A stretch of 64,000 nt of DNA from Alphaproteobacteria bacterium (lineage in GTDB: Bacteria > Pseudomonadota > Alphaproteobacteria > SHVP01): the NCBI GenBank assembly GCA_947473325.1, contig CANJEJ010000003.1, positions 9,372 to 73,371 of the forward strand. The letters are read 5' to 3'. The number at the start of each line of letters is the position of its first letter. Position 1 is the stretch's first letter. Position numbers and translations under genes: made by a program. Positions 40,336 to 50,122 of this stretch are shown here, piece after piece. The notes under the pieces are model-generated. The model did no database searches. It was not told the DNA's origin and saw only the letters and a list, made by a program, of their open reading frames with translations.

Positions 40336-42252
40336 CTACTTGCCCGCTTCGCGCACAAGGACGACGAGCGCCGCTTCGGCTGCCAGGCGACCGCGCGCCG
40401 CTTCGAGCCAGGGCCGCAATGTTTCCGCGGCCGCTCCCTGCTGGCCTTCGACCTCGCGCACGGCGGCGGCAAGGTTGTTCTCGTTCAGCCGCTGTTCCGC
40501 ACGGGCCAGCCGCGCTTCCGTCGTTTCGCCCGGCAGGTCGCCGACGCGGCGGATGCGGACAAGACCGGCAAGGCGGCCCAGCGCCCGGTCGGCCCAGTCG
40601 GCGCCATCCGGCGCGGTTGCGGCCACCGCCTGCGAGGCCAGCGGCGTGAAGCGCTGGCGCAGCATGTCGAGCGTCGGCGCCCCCGCCTGGGCCAGCGGCT
40701 GCAGCGCCGCCAAGGCGGCCTGAATTTCCGGTGTCAGCGCGCCGAGGTGCCCGCGCGCGGCATCAAGCGCGGGGGCGAAGCCGGCGCCGGTGGCCACCTG
40801 TTCGCGCAGCTGCACGAGTGCCAGCAGCGCAGCCGACTGGCCTGCCTGGCTTTGCTGGCGCGCCTCCACCGCATCGAGACGGCCGCGCAGTGCTGCAATC
40901 GTGTCCGCATTCGTGCCAAGCGAACGGAGGCGGTCTTCCACCGCCGTCAGGCGCTGCGATGCGTCCCCCGTCTCGCCCAGGGAGCGTTCGAGCGTCGCGA
41001 GTCGCTCGCGCATGCGGTCGATGCTGGCCTCGTCGCCGGTTGCGGCAGCCAGCGCCGCGAGCCGGCTTTCCAGCTGAGTCAAGCGGTCCGCCTGGCCCGC
41101 CGCGCGGGCGGGATCTTCCAGCCGTGCCACCCGGTCGCTGAGACCAAACACGGCAGCCATTCCCTGCTCCACGCGGACCAGGCGCTGTTCGTAGCTTTCG
41201 GCCCGCGCCGTGATGGCCCTGGGATCGACGTCGCGGAACAGGACATCAAATTGCGTGGTGAGAGCGGCGATGCGCTGTTCGACGGCGCCGAGCCGTGTAG
41301 CCGTTTCTGTTTCGAGCAGTGCGACCTCTGGCGGCGTGCCACGAAACTGCGGCACGTACCAGCTGACGGCGGCCGCAACGACGGCTGCTGCGATGACGGT
41401 GAACACGAAGATGAACACACCGCCAATACCGCGCCGCCGCCGCGTTTCCGCCGGAGGCGGCAGAGGCAAGGGCGGTTCCAGCCGCGGCAACGGTTCGACA
41501 GGGGGTTGAGGAGATTCGGCGACCATGGGTTTCGTTTCAGTATGCGCGACAGCGAGCGCAAGATCGATCAGGGAGTCGGAGGTCGGTTGTGGCGCGATCT
41601 GCACCGCGCGCCAGTTGAGCGTGGCCGCTGCTGTGGCAACAGCGGGGCTGAGGCAGAAGGCCGTCATCGCCTCGGCCGCCGCCTCCAGACCAGCCTCCGA
41701 GAGCAGCACGGCGAAGGCCGCGGCGCTGCGCGGAGAATAAAGGAGAACGCCGTCAATCACGCCCGCCCGCAGCGCCCGCTCCGCCTCGGGCGTCAGGCTG
41801 GCAGCGGCAACGGCTTCATAGAGCACGACGCGGCGTGTCGCGAAACCCCCGCGCTCGAGGTCGCCGGCGAGGTCGCCCGCGACGTCGCTGCCGCTCGCGT
41901 GCAGGATGGTGCCGTCGATCGGCAGGTGCGTTTCGCGAATGAGGGACGCGAGCGAGACGACGTCCCCGTCCGCCGCGGCAACATTGGTAAATCCAGCTGC
42001 ACGCGCCGACGCCGCCGTGGCTTCGCCCACGGTCAGGACCGGCATGGCGCGCTGGGCCGTCGCCTTGGCCAGCGCCGTCACGCCGTTGCGGCTCGTAACT
42101 GCAATGGCCTGAACATCAGTCAGGTCGAGGCCCGCCTGGTCCACAAAGCGGATCGTCAGCACCGGCGCAACCAGCGCACCATGCCCGGCCGCCGTCAGGC
42201 GATCCGCCACCACCCTCGCCTCCGTCTCCGGCCGTGTGACGAGGAATTGCAT
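40336..42252 (-). CDS. hemD: Uroporphyrinogen-III synthase (HemD) fused to a HemX/COG4223-like membrane coiled-coil protein
   Basis: Residues 1–~235 are HemD-like (VTRPE...); then a Pro-rich linker, a TM segment and ~350 aa of coiled-coil. Confidence 0.7.
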   Translation of the reverse strand: MQFLVTRPETEARVVADRLTAAGHGALVAPVLTIRFVDQAGLDLTDVQAIAVTSRNGVTALAKATAQRAMPVLTVGEATAASARAAGFTNVAAADGDVVSLASLIRETHLPIDGTILHASGSDVAGDLAGDLERGGFATRRVVLYEAVAAASLTPEAERALRAGVIDGVLLYSPRSAAAFAVLLSEAGLEAAAEAMTAFCLSPAVATAAATLNWRAVQIAPQPTSDSLIDLALAVAHTETKPMVAESPQPPVEPLPRLEPPLPLPPPAETRRRRGIGGVFIFVFTVIAAAVVAAAVSWYVPQFRGTPPEVALLETETATRLGAVEQRIAALTTQFDVLFRDVDPRAITARAESYEQRLVRVEQGMAAVFGLSDRVARLEDPARAAGQADRLTQLESRLAALAAATGDEASIDRMRERLATLERSLGETGDASQRLTAVEDRLRSLGTNADTIAALRGRLDAVEARQQSQAGQSAALLALVQLREQVATGAGFAPALDAARGHLGALTPEIQAALAALQPLAQAGAPTLDMLRQRFTPLASQAVAATAPDGADWADRALGRLAGLVRIRRVGDLPGETTEARLARAEQRLNENNLAAAVREVEGQQGAAAETLRPWLEAARGRLAAEAALVVLVREAGK

Positions 42253-42257
42253 GGCGT

Positions 42258-43199
42258 TCAGGCGTGAAAGAAGTGGGGGCCGCCGCGGCGGCGCAGTTCC
42301 TCGCCAGCATCGCGCCCAAGACGCAACGCATCGCGCGCGGGTCCCCTCCGTTCGGTACGATGGAGGGTCTGCCCGTCCGGGGAGACGATGAGGGCGGTGA
42401 GCGCCAAGTCGTCACCCTGCGTTCTCGCCAGCGCGGCGATTGGCGTTCGGCAGGAACCGTCGAGCACCGCGAGAAGCGAACGCTCCGCATCGACGCAATG
42501 TGTGGTTGGCGCATCTGCTAGCGGCGCAAGAAGACGATGGGCCACGTCATCATCGGCGCGGCATTCGACGCCGATCGCGCCCTGCGCCACCGCGGGCAGC
42601 ATCTCATCCACCTCCAGCACCGCCGTCACGCGGTCGGCCATGCCGAGGCGGCGGAGCCCGGCAAGCGCGAGCAGCGTGGCGGCCGCCACGCCGTCTTCCA
42701 GCTTGCGCAGACGCGTGTTCACGTTGCCGCGGAAATCGATAATTGAAAGGTCCGGGCGCTTATGCAGCAGTTGCGCCTTGCGCCGAAGCGAGGACGTGCC
42801 GACCACGGTGCCCTGTGGCAGCGCGGCAACCGACGGCCAGCGCAGCGAGAGGAAGGCGTCACGCGGGTCTTCCCGTTCCAGCAAGCAGGGGATGACGAGG
42901 CCGGGTGGCAGCGCCGTCGGCATGTCCTTCATCGAATGGACGGCGAGATCAATGCTGCCCGCGTAGAGCGCCTCCTCGATTTCTTTCGTGAACAGGCCCT
43001 TGCCGCCCGCATCGGCAAGCGACCGGTCCTGGATGCGGTCACCGCTGGTACGAATCTCGACGATCTCCATGGCTGCCGCCGGCAAGCCCCGATGCGCCGC
43101 CGCCAGCCGGTCGCGCACCAGATGGGCCTGGAACAGGGCAAGCGGCGAGCCGCGCGTACCGATACGGAGCCGGGGGGGTGGGAAACCTTGCTGGGACAT
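42258..43199 (-). CDS. hemC: Hydroxymethylbilane synthase (porphobilinogen deaminase)
   Basis: RIGTRGSPLALFQA N-terminus. Confidence 0.9.
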   Translation of the reverse strand: MSQQGFPPPRLRIGTRGSPLALFQAHLVRDRLAAAHRGLPAAAMEIVEIRTSGDRIQDRSLADAGGKGLFTKEIEEALYAGSIDLAVHSMKDMPTALPPGLVIPCLLEREDPRDAFLSLRWPSVAALPQGTVVGTSSLRRKAQLLHKRPDLSIIDFRGNVNTRLRKLEDGVAAATLLALAGLRRLGMADRVTAVLEVDEMLPAVAQGAIGVECRADDDVAHRLLAPLADAPTTHCVDAERSLLAVLDGSCRTPIAALARTQGDDLALTALIVSPDGQTLHRTERRGPARDALRLGRDAGEELRRRGGPHFFHA

Positions 43200-43263
43200 G
43201 GGTGGCGATGCTACAGGCTGACCATTCTAAGTCCCGATATATAACGGAAATTGGTCCAGCCCG

Positions 43264-44313
43264 GTGCCCCAACCCCCGGTCGTCCTCGGTATTGAGACCA
43301 GCTGCGACGAAACCGCCGCCGCGGTGGTCGATGGCGCGCGCCGGATTCGGGCCAATGTGGTCCTGTCGCAGCTTGAGGATCACCGGCCCTATGGCGGGGT
43401 CGTACCGGAAATCGCCGCCCGTGCCCATGTCCTGCACCTCGACGGCCTGATCGAGCGGGCGATGGCAGAGGCTGGCATCGGCTTCGACGACCTGTCGGCC
43501 ATCGCCGCCACGGCAGGCCCCGGCCTGATCGGTGGCGTTATGGTGGGGCTGACCACCGGCAAGGCGCTGGCTGCAGCCTGTGGCAAGCCGCTGATTGCGG
43601 TGAACCATCTCGAAGCCCATGCGCTGACGGCGCGGCTGACCGACGATGTCGCATTTCCCTATCTGCTGCTGCTGGTGTCGGGCGGGCATTGCCAATTATT
43701 GAGCGTGGAAGGCGTCGGCCGCTATCGCCGCCTCGGCACCACCATCGACGATGCGATCGGCGAGGCGTTCGACAAGACCGCCAAGCTGCTCGGCTTCGAC
43801 TATCCGGGCGGGCCGGCAGTCGAGAAGGCGGCGCGCAGCGGCAACGCGAAGCGCTTCGCCTTTCCCCGGCCGCTCATCACCCGCGACGACTGCAACTTCT
43901 CCTTTGCCGGCCTGAAGACCGCCGTGCTGCATGCCGTGCGCGAACTGGAGCGACAGGGCAGCGTGACGGCACAGGACCGCCAGGACATTGCTGCATCTTT
44001 CCAGGCCGCCGCCGGTGACGTGATCGTCGACCGCACCCGCCGTGCCATGGCGCATATGCCGGCGTCCGGCGGGCTCGTGCGGCTGGTGGTCGCAGGGGGC
44101 GTGGCCGCGAACACCTATCTGCGCGAGCGGCTGACGAAGTTGTGCGCGGAACAGGGCGGTGTGTTTACCGCACCGCCCATCCCGCTGTGCACCGACAACG
44201 CGGCCATGATCGCCTGGGCGGGTGTCGAACGGCTGCAACTGGGTCTCATCGACACGCTGGACGCGCCGGCACGGGCGCGCTGGCCGCTCGACCCCGCTGC
44301 CACGGCAGCCTAG
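43264..44313 (+). CDS. tsaD: tRNA N6-adenosine threonylcarbamoyltransferase
   Basis: [16 protein letters not shown]-terminus and Kae1/YgjD signatures. Confidence 0.9.
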   Translation: MPQPPVVLGIETSCDETAAAVVDGARRIRANVVLSQLEDHRPYGGVVPEIAARAHVLHLDGLIERAMAEAGIGFDDLSAIAATAGPGLIGGVMVGLTTGKALAAACGKPLIAVNHLEAHALTARLTDDVAFPYLLLLVSGGHCQLLSVEGVGRYRRLGTTIDDAIGEAFDKTAKLLGFDYPGGPAVEKAARSGNAKRFAFPRPLITRDDCNFSFAGLKTAVLHAVRELERQGSVTAQDRQDIAASFQAAAGDVIVDRTRRAMAHMPASGGLVRLVVAGGVAANTYLRERLTKLCAEQGGVFTAPPIPLCTDNAAMIAWAGVERLQLGLIDTLDAPARARWPLDPAATAA

Positions 44314-44358
44314 TCTGGCAGCTCCCACTTTCCTTGTCCGGCGAGCCGGAGGATATGA

Positions 44359-45018
44359 ATGCTGACAGAAAAGCAGATGCCGGAACGGGTCGAGGTACGG
44401 CCCGCCTTCTCGACGCCCGTCATCATGGCCATGGTCCCCGAGGCCGAGAAGATCAACAAGGCGTTGCGCAAGACGATTCTCGCGCACGAGAAGAAGATGC
44501 CGCCGCGCACCACCTATGACAGCAACATTGGCGGCTGGCATTCGGAGCGCGACCTGCTCGACTGGGGCGGCGCGCCGGTGCAGCAGGTGGTCGACACAGC
44601 GAAGGAACTGGCCGACCGTATGACCGCGGCCCGCAGCGGCCGCCCGGCCGAGGTGGTCTGGCTGAGCAACGCCTGGGCCAACATCAACCGCAAGGGCCAC
44701 AGCAACGAGCCGCATGTGCATCCCGGCTGCTTCTGGTCCGGGGTCTATTACGTCGATGACGGCGGCTGCGCCCAGAACCGCGAATACGGCGGCGAGTTCG
44801 TTATCTCGGACCCGCGCGGCGCGGCGCCGTCGATGTATGCGCCCAACCTGTGCTTCCGCGGCCCGGGCGGCAGTTCCGTGGGGGCCACCGAGCTCGTGCC
44901 GCCACGCGAAGGGGTCCTGATGATGTTCCCGGCCTGGCTGCTGCACAGCGTGCGGCCCTACCTTGGTCCCGGCACGCGCATCTCGATTTCCTTCAACCTC
45001 AGCGTAAAGCCCGACTAG
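44359..45018 (+). CDS. Putative 2OG-Fe(II)-oxygenase-like protein (TIGR02466-type)
   Basis: ~219 aa with a His-rich double-stranded beta-helix-like core (HVHPGCFWSGVYY). Confidence 0.45.
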   Translation: MLTEKQMPERVEVRPAFSTPVIMAMVPEAEKINKALRKTILAHEKKMPPRTTYDSNIGGWHSERDLLDWGGAPVQQVVDTAKELADRMTAARSGRPAEVVWLSNAWANINRKGHSNEPHVHPGCFWSGVYYVDDGGCAQNREYGGEFVISDPRGAAPSMYAPNLCFRGPGGSSVGATELVPPREGVLMMFPAWLLHSVRPYLGPGTRISISFNLSVKPD

Positions 45019-45024
45019 GGGCGC

Positions 45025-46047
45025 ATGACGATCCGCAAGTTCGGCATCATCGGCGGCGGCGCCTGGGGCACGGCGCTGGCCAATGCCGCCACGGCGAATG
45101 GCGGCGTCGCGGTGATGTGGGCGCGCGAGCCCGAGCTTGTGGAGGCCGTCAACCGGACTCATCGCAACCCCCTGTTCCTGCCGGACATCGAGATCAACCC
45201 TTTCGTGCGCGCGAGCGGCGACATTGCAGAAGCCTGCAACGCCGAAGCCATCCTGCTGTCGACGCCGGCGCAGCACATTCGCGCCATCTGCGAGCTGGCC
45301 GCGCCGCATGTTAAGGCGGGCGTGCCGCTGGTAATCTGCGCCAAGGGCATCGAGCTGCAGACAGGACGGTTGCTCTCCGAAGTGGTGGCCGAGGTGCTGC
45401 CGCAGGCGCCGGTCGGTGTGCTGTCGGGACCGACCTTCGCCCATGAGGTGGCGCGCAAGCTGCCCACCGCTGTCACGCTTGCCATCGCCGATTCCGCGAT
45501 GGGTGATCGCCTCGTCGCGGGACTCGGGAGCGCCGCTTTCCGGCCCTATCGCGCCAGCGACGTGGTGGGTGCGCAGATCGGCGGCGCGGTAAAGAACGTG
45601 ATCGCCATTGCTGCCGGCATCGTCACCGGGCGCGGCTTGGGCGAAAACGCGCGCGCGGCGCTGATGACCCGCGGCCTCGCGGAAATGATGCGGCTCGGCC
45701 TGGCGCTGGGCGCGCGGGCCGACACGCTGATGGGCCTGTCGGGACTAGGCGATCTGGTGCTGACCTGCAGTTCCGCCACCTCGCGCAACATGTCGCTCGG
45801 TCTCGCACTGGCGCGCGGAGAAACGCTGAAGGCCTATCTTGCCGGCGGCCGCGGCCGCACGGCAGAGGGTGCCTACACCGCCTCGGCCGTGATCGCCCGC
45901 GCCAGCCAGCATGGCGTCGACATGCCGATCTCAGCCGCCGTCGACGCGATTCTTAACCGCGATGCGGACATCGACCAGGCCATCGAGGCGCTGCTGCGGC
46001 GCCCCTTCCGGGACGAGAGTGAAGCCGACAAGGAGCCGCGGCCATGA
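45025..46047 (+). CDS. gpsA: NAD(P)H-dependent glycerol-3-phosphate dehydrogenase
   Basis: FGIIGGGAWGTALA Rossmann N-terminus, 340 aa. Confidence 0.9.
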   Translation: MTIRKFGIIGGGAWGTALANAATANGGVAVMWAREPELVEAVNRTHRNPLFLPDIEINPFVRASGDIAEACNAEAILLSTPAQHIRAICELAAPHVKAGVPLVICAKGIELQTGRLLSEVVAEVLPQAPVGVLSGPTFAHEVARKLPTAVTLAIADSAMGDRLVAGLGSAAFRPYRASDVVGAQIGGAVKNVIAIAAGIVTGRGLGENARAALMTRGLAEMMRLGLALGARADTLMGLSGLGDLVLTCSSATSRNMSLGLALARGETLKAYLAGGRGRTAEGAYTASAVIARASQHGVDMPISAAVDAILNRDADIDQAIEALLRRPFRDESEADKEPRP

Positions 46048-46364
46048 TATTCGTCGTCTATTGCCAGGACCGGCCGGAGGGCACTGAACGGCGCCAGGCG
46101 CTGGCAAAGGAACACCTCGCGCATATCCGCGCCATGCGGCGCCACTATCTGGCCGCCGGCCCCTGCCCCAGCGACGCCGCGCGCCCCGAACAGGCAAGTT
46201 TCCTGCTGCTTGAGGCCGAGAGCGAAGCCGAGGCCAGGATGGTCATGGAACAGGACCCCTATTTCATTGGCGGCGTGTGGAAGGACGTGATGATCCGTCC
46301 CTTCCGCCCCGTTGTCGGACGCTGGCTTCCCCCTGGAATGGAGTTGAACTTTGACCGCGATTAA
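46044..46364 (+). CDS. YciI-family protein
   Basis: 106 aa, MIFVVYCQD...HLAHI pattern. Confidence 0.75.
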   Translation: MIFVVYCQDRPEGTERRQALAKEHLAHIRAMRRHYLAAGPCPSDAARPEQASFLLLEAESEAEARMVMEQDPYFIGGVWKDVMIRPFRPVVGRWLPPGMELNFDRD

Positions 46365-48051
46365 GAAGGGCTTCATCAACACCGGCCGCACCCAGGTTCA
46401 TTACCGGTCGGCCGGATCGGGCCCGCCGGTCATCCTGTTGCATGATTCGCCGCGCTCGTCGGTGCTGCACCTGCCGATGCTGGAATATCTCGCTGACCGC
46501 TTCACGGTGATCGCGATCGACACGCCGGGCTATGGCATGTCGGATCCCATCGACGTGAAGGGCCAGCCCGAGATTCCCGATTTTGGCGATGCGCTCGCCC
46601 GCGTCATCGAGGGCCTGGGGCTGGAACGCTGCCCGGTCTATGGCGTGCACACGAGCTCGAAGATCACGCTGTCCTTTGCGGTGAAGCACCCGCAGCGCGT
46701 CGCCGTCGCCATTCTTGACGGCCTGTCGCTGCCACCCGGCGGCAAGGGCGCCGACCCGGAATTCATCCGCCGCTACATGGCGCCCTTTGTCGTGACCGAG
46801 GACGGCGGCTATCTCGCCGCCGAGTGGACGCGCGTGCGCGACTTCGGTCGCTGGTTCCCGTGGTTCGACCGGCGCGCCGAGACGCGCAGCAAGAGTGATC
46901 GCGCCGACATGACGCTGACGCACGGCTATGCCATGGACCTGTTCATGGCCGGCGCCGACTTCTCCTCGGCCTATGGCGCGGCGATGCGCTATGTCGCGCT
47001 GCCCGTGGTGTCGCAGCTGAAGGCGCGCACCATCTTCATGTGCCGCGAAGACGACGTGTTGTATCGCTATCTCGACGACCTGCCGAAGCCCCTGCCGGCG
47101 GGCTGCTCGATCGAGCGGCTGGGTCCCGACCGCGACGCGCATCGCGCCCGCATCCGCTCCATTTTCGAGGAACATGCCGACTTCAAGGGAGCGTCGGGCT
47201 TCAAGGCCCCCGATCCGCTGAAGGACACCCCGATCGAGGGTCAGGTTCTCTGCGGCTATGTCGACCTTACGCACGGGCAGATGCTCGTGCGCAAGGCGGG
47301 AAGCGGCAAGGGCCGGCCCATCGTCTATATTCCCGACACGCCCGGCGGCACGGGCGCGAGCGAGCCGCTGCTTCGGGCGCTGGCGCAGGGCCGCGTCGCC
47401 TATGCGCTGGAGCTGCCGGGCACGGGCGAGTCGGCGCCGCTGCCAGGGCCATCTTCCGTCAGCTTTGCCGAGGCGATTGCAGAGGCCATTGACGCGCTGG
47501 GCCACAGCGAGGTCGATCTCTATGCCGAACACATGAGCGCCCCGCTCGCCATCGAACTCGCGGCGCTGAAACCAGCGCTGATCAAGACGCTGTTACTGGA
47601 TGGTGTGCCCGTGCTGACCAAGGCGGAACGCCGCGACATGGCGCTCAGCTATTGCCCCGCCCTCGAGGCCGATGTCCATGGCACGCATTTCATCAACGCC
47701 TGGCACATGCTGCGCGACATGGAGTTGCATTGGCCGTGGTATGACGGGCGCGGGACGGCTGCGCGCGTCATCGATCCGGACATCGACGGAGAAAAGCTCC
47801 ATCTCCTGCTCCTCGACGTGCTGAAGCAGCTGCCGCATTACGGCGAGGCAGCCCAGGCCGCGCTCGCCGTCGATGTCGCCGCCCTGCTGCCCAACGTCAT
47901 GGCACCGACGGTGTTGCTGAAGACCGACAATGACGTTCGCTATGCCAGTGTCGATCAGACGGCCGCCCAATTGAAGAAGGCGCAGGTACTGCCGCGCGGC
48001 AAGTCCGGCGAGGCCCGGGCCAAGGCCGTGCTCGACGCGCTGGCGAAGTAA
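46351..48051 (+). CDS. Tandem double alpha/beta-hydrolase-fold protein (two internally duplicated domains)
   Basis: Two repeats starting HYRSAGSGPPVILLHD and LVRKAGSGKGRPIVYIPD; nucleophile elbows are non-canonical (GVHTSS, AEHMSA). Confidence 0.65.
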   Translation: MTAIKKGFINTGRTQVHYRSAGSGPPVILLHDSPRSSVLHLPMLEYLADRFTVIAIDTPGYGMSDPIDVKGQPEIPDFGDALARVIEGLGLERCPVYGVHTSSKITLSFAVKHPQRVAVAILDGLSLPPGGKGADPEFIRRYMAPFVVTEDGGYLAAEWTRVRDFGRWFPWFDRRAETRSKSDRADMTLTHGYAMDLFMAGADFSSAYGAAMRYVALPVVSQLKARTIFMCREDDVLYRYLDDLPKPLPAGCSIERLGPDRDAHRARIRSIFEEHADFKGASGFKAPDPLKDTPIEGQVLCGYVDLTHGQMLVRKAGSGKGRPIVYIPDTPGGTGASEPLLRALAQGRVAYALELPGTGESAPLPGPSSVSFAEAIAEAIDALGHSEVDLYAEHMSAPLAIELAALKPALIKTLLLDGVPVLTKAERRDMALSYCPALEADVHGTHFINAWHMLRDMELHWPWYDGRGTAARVIDPDIDGEKLHLLLLDVLKQLPHYGEAAQAALAVDVAALLPNVMAPTVLLKTDNDVRYASVDQTAAQLKKAQVLPRGKSGEARAKAVLDALAK

Positions 48052-48060
48052 GCCCGCACT

Positions 48061-48534
48061 GTGACGCGTTTATCGGGTGCTGTGCTGGCGCTGGTGCTTC
48101 TAGGCAGCCCGGCGCTGGCGCAGACACTGGATCGCGATCAGCGCGACGCCTTCGCCATGTTCGACCTGGATGGCGACGGACAGCTGAGCCGCGACGAGGT
48201 GTTCAAGGTCAGCGTCCGGTTCGATCCGCAGGCGAAGAAGGCGGAGGTCGACAAGCAGTTCACCGCCGCCGACGTCAACAAGGACAATTTCCTCAGCTAT
48301 AACGAGTTCGTCGACACGCTCGCGAGCCAGCCAACCGTCGAGGCCCTTGCGATGGCCTTCGCGACGTTCGACCGGGACGCCGATGGAAAGATCGACCTCA
48401 TGGAGTTGCGCCGCGGCTTCGCCAACATGGGCGAGACGCTGACGGAGGAGGAAGCCCGCGCCATGATCGGCGAGGGCGACCGGAACAACGACGGCGTGTT
48501 GAGCCGCGATGAGTTTATGACCGTGATGCGCTAA
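48061..48534 (+). CDS. Secreted EF-hand calcium-binding protein (4 EF-hand loops)
   Basis: Signal peptide plus DLDGDGQLSRDE, DVNKDNFLSYNE, DRDADGKIDLME and DRNNDGVLSRDE loops; GTG start. Confidence 0.75.
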   Translation: MTRLSGAVLALVLLGSPALAQTLDRDQRDAFAMFDLDGDGQLSRDEVFKVSVRFDPQAKKAEVDKQFTAADVNKDNFLSYNEFVDTLASQPTVEALAMAFATFDRDADGKIDLMELRRGFANMGETLTEEEARAMIGEGDRNNDGVLSRDEFMTVMR

Positions 48535-48558
48535 GCTGGGATCCGGGAGGACCTGACC

Positions 48559-48858
48559 ATGTACTACGCCGTCTATTGCACCGACTCCGCCGAAGGCACA
48601 CGCCTGCGCCAGGAGCACATGGACCCGCATCGCGCCTATGTCGCCAGCCACAGCGACAAGCTGCGCCTGGCCGGCCCCTGCCCCGCCGCTGAAGGCCATG
48701 CACGCGAGGCGAGCCTTCTGGTGATCGAAGGCAATAGCGCCGACGAAGTTCGCGCCATCATGGAAGGCGACCCGTATTACAAGGCGGGTGTCTGGGAGAA
48801 TGTGGTGGTCCGCCCCTTCCGCGCGCTGTCGGGAAGCTGGCTGCCGAAGAAGGCCTGA
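48559..48858 (+). CDS. YciI-family protein (second paralog)
   Basis: MYYAVYCTD...; ~45% identical to the YciI at 46044. Confidence 0.75.
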   Translation: MYYAVYCTDSAEGTRLRQEHMDPHRAYVASHSDKLRLAGPCPAAEGHAREASLLVIEGNSADEVRAIMEGDPYYKAGVWENVVVRPFRALSGSWLPKKA

Positions 48859-48862
48859 CGCC

Positions 48863-49276
48863 ATGGCGTATTGGCTGATGAAGACGGAGCCCGAAACCTG
48901 GTCCTGGGACAACCAGGTGAAGAAGGGCGTCGAGCCATGGAATGGCGTGCGCAACTACACTGCACGGGCCAACCTTGCCGCCATGAAGAAGGGTGAGAAG
49001 GCCTTCTTCTATCATTCCGGCGGCGAACGGCAGATCGTCGGCATCGTCACCATCGCCAAGGCAGCCTATCCCGACCACACCGATGAAGCCGGCAAGTTCG
49101 TCATGGTCGACGTGAAGACCGACAAGCCGCTGAAAACGCCCGTGACGCTGGCACAGGTGAAGGGCGAGCCCAGGTTGAAGGACATGGAGCTCGTCCGCTA
49201 TTCCCGCCTGTCGGTGCAGAAGGTGACTGACGAGGAATGGGCGCTGATCTGCAGGCTGGGCGGCATCAAGGCCTGA
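48863..49276 (+). CDS. EVE (PUA-like) domain protein
   Basis: MAYWLMKTEPETWSW...FFYHSG motif typical of the EVE domain. Confidence 0.8.
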   Translation: MAYWLMKTEPETWSWDNQVKKGVEPWNGVRNYTARANLAAMKKGEKAFFYHSGGERQIVGIVTIAKAAYPDHTDEAGKFVMVDVKTDKPLKTPVTLAQVKGEPRLKDMELVRYSRLSVQKVTDEEWALICRLGGIKA

Positions 49277-49289
49277 GTCGAGACACACC

Positions 49290-49697
49290 GTGCCCTACCC
49301 TTCTCACTGGCAAGACGTCGAAGGCGCGCCACCGCCCGGCACGGCGCTGTGTCAGGCCAGCGACATTGCGGAAGGACAGGCGCATGTCGCCACCTTTCGC
49401 GACGGGTCGCTGCTGTTCGAGATGTTCGTGCTGCGGCCCCCTGCGACAGCCGGCGTCGGCGCCGATGCCGGCGGCCTGATCGCCTATGTCAACGACTGCC
49501 CTCATGCGCGCACGCCGCTCGACTGGCAGGCCGGGCAATTCCTGACCGCCGACAGGACGCGCATCCAGTGTGCCACGCATGGTGCCGAGTTCCGCTTCGA
49601 AGACGGCCTTTGTGTGCACGGCCCCTGTCCGGGGGCGCGGCTGACTCGCGTGCCGATCGCGGTGCGCGACGGCACCGTGTTCATCGCCGGCGGCTAG
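49290..49697 (+). CDS. Rieske [2Fe-2S] domain protein, paralog 1
   Basis: CPH...CATHG Rieske ligands. Confidence 0.7.
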   Translation: MPYPSHWQDVEGAPPPGTALCQASDIAEGQAHVATFRDGSLLFEMFVLRPPATAGVGADAGGLIAYVNDCPHARTPLDWQAGQFLTADRTRIQCATHGAEFRFEDGLCVHGPCPGARLTRVPIAVRDGTVFIAGG

Positions 49698-49716
49698 CCA
49701 CCGCCCCGTCCGCGCG

Positions 49717-50121
49717 GTGTCCTTTCCCTATTCCCGGCTGCAGGGCAGACCCGCCGCCGGCACGCGACTGTGCCGGGCCGCGGACCTTGCGCCCGGCCAG
49801 GCGCATGTTGCGACCTTTCGCACCGGTGCGCTGCTGTTCGAGATGTTCGTGCTGCGGCCGCCGGCGGGCGGAGAGATTCCCGATGCGACGGGGACGGACG
49901 GCCTGGTTGCCTATGTCAATGACTGCCCGCATGCGAACACGCCACTCGACGGGCGCCCGGGGCAGTTCCTGAACGCCGACCAGACGCTGCTGCTTTGCGC
50001 CGCTCATGACGCGGAGTTCCGCATCCGCGACGGCTATTGCGTGCGCGGCCCCTGCTTCGGCGCCCATCTGATCGCCGTGCCGATCACGGTGCGCGACGGT
50101 GCGGTCTATATCGCTGGCTAA
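49717..50121 (+). CDS. Rieske [2Fe-2S] domain protein, paralog 2
   Basis: CPH...CAAHD; ~60% identical to paralog 1. Confidence 0.7.
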   Translation: MSFPYSRLQGRPAAGTRLCRAADLAPGQAHVATFRTGALLFEMFVLRPPAGGEIPDATGTDGLVAYVNDCPHANTPLDGRPGQFLNADQTLLLCAAHDAEFRIRDGYCVRGPCFGAHLIAVPITVRDGAVYIAG

Positions 50122-50122
50122 C

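Noticed and set aside
39099-40649. 516-aa plus-strand ORF
   Set aside because: Antisense to hemY.
40240-42267. 675-aa plus-strand ORF
   Set aside because: Antisense to the hemD–hemX fusion.
43696-45444. 582-aa minus-strand ORF
   Set aside because: Antisense to tsaD, the 2OG-like gene and gpsA.
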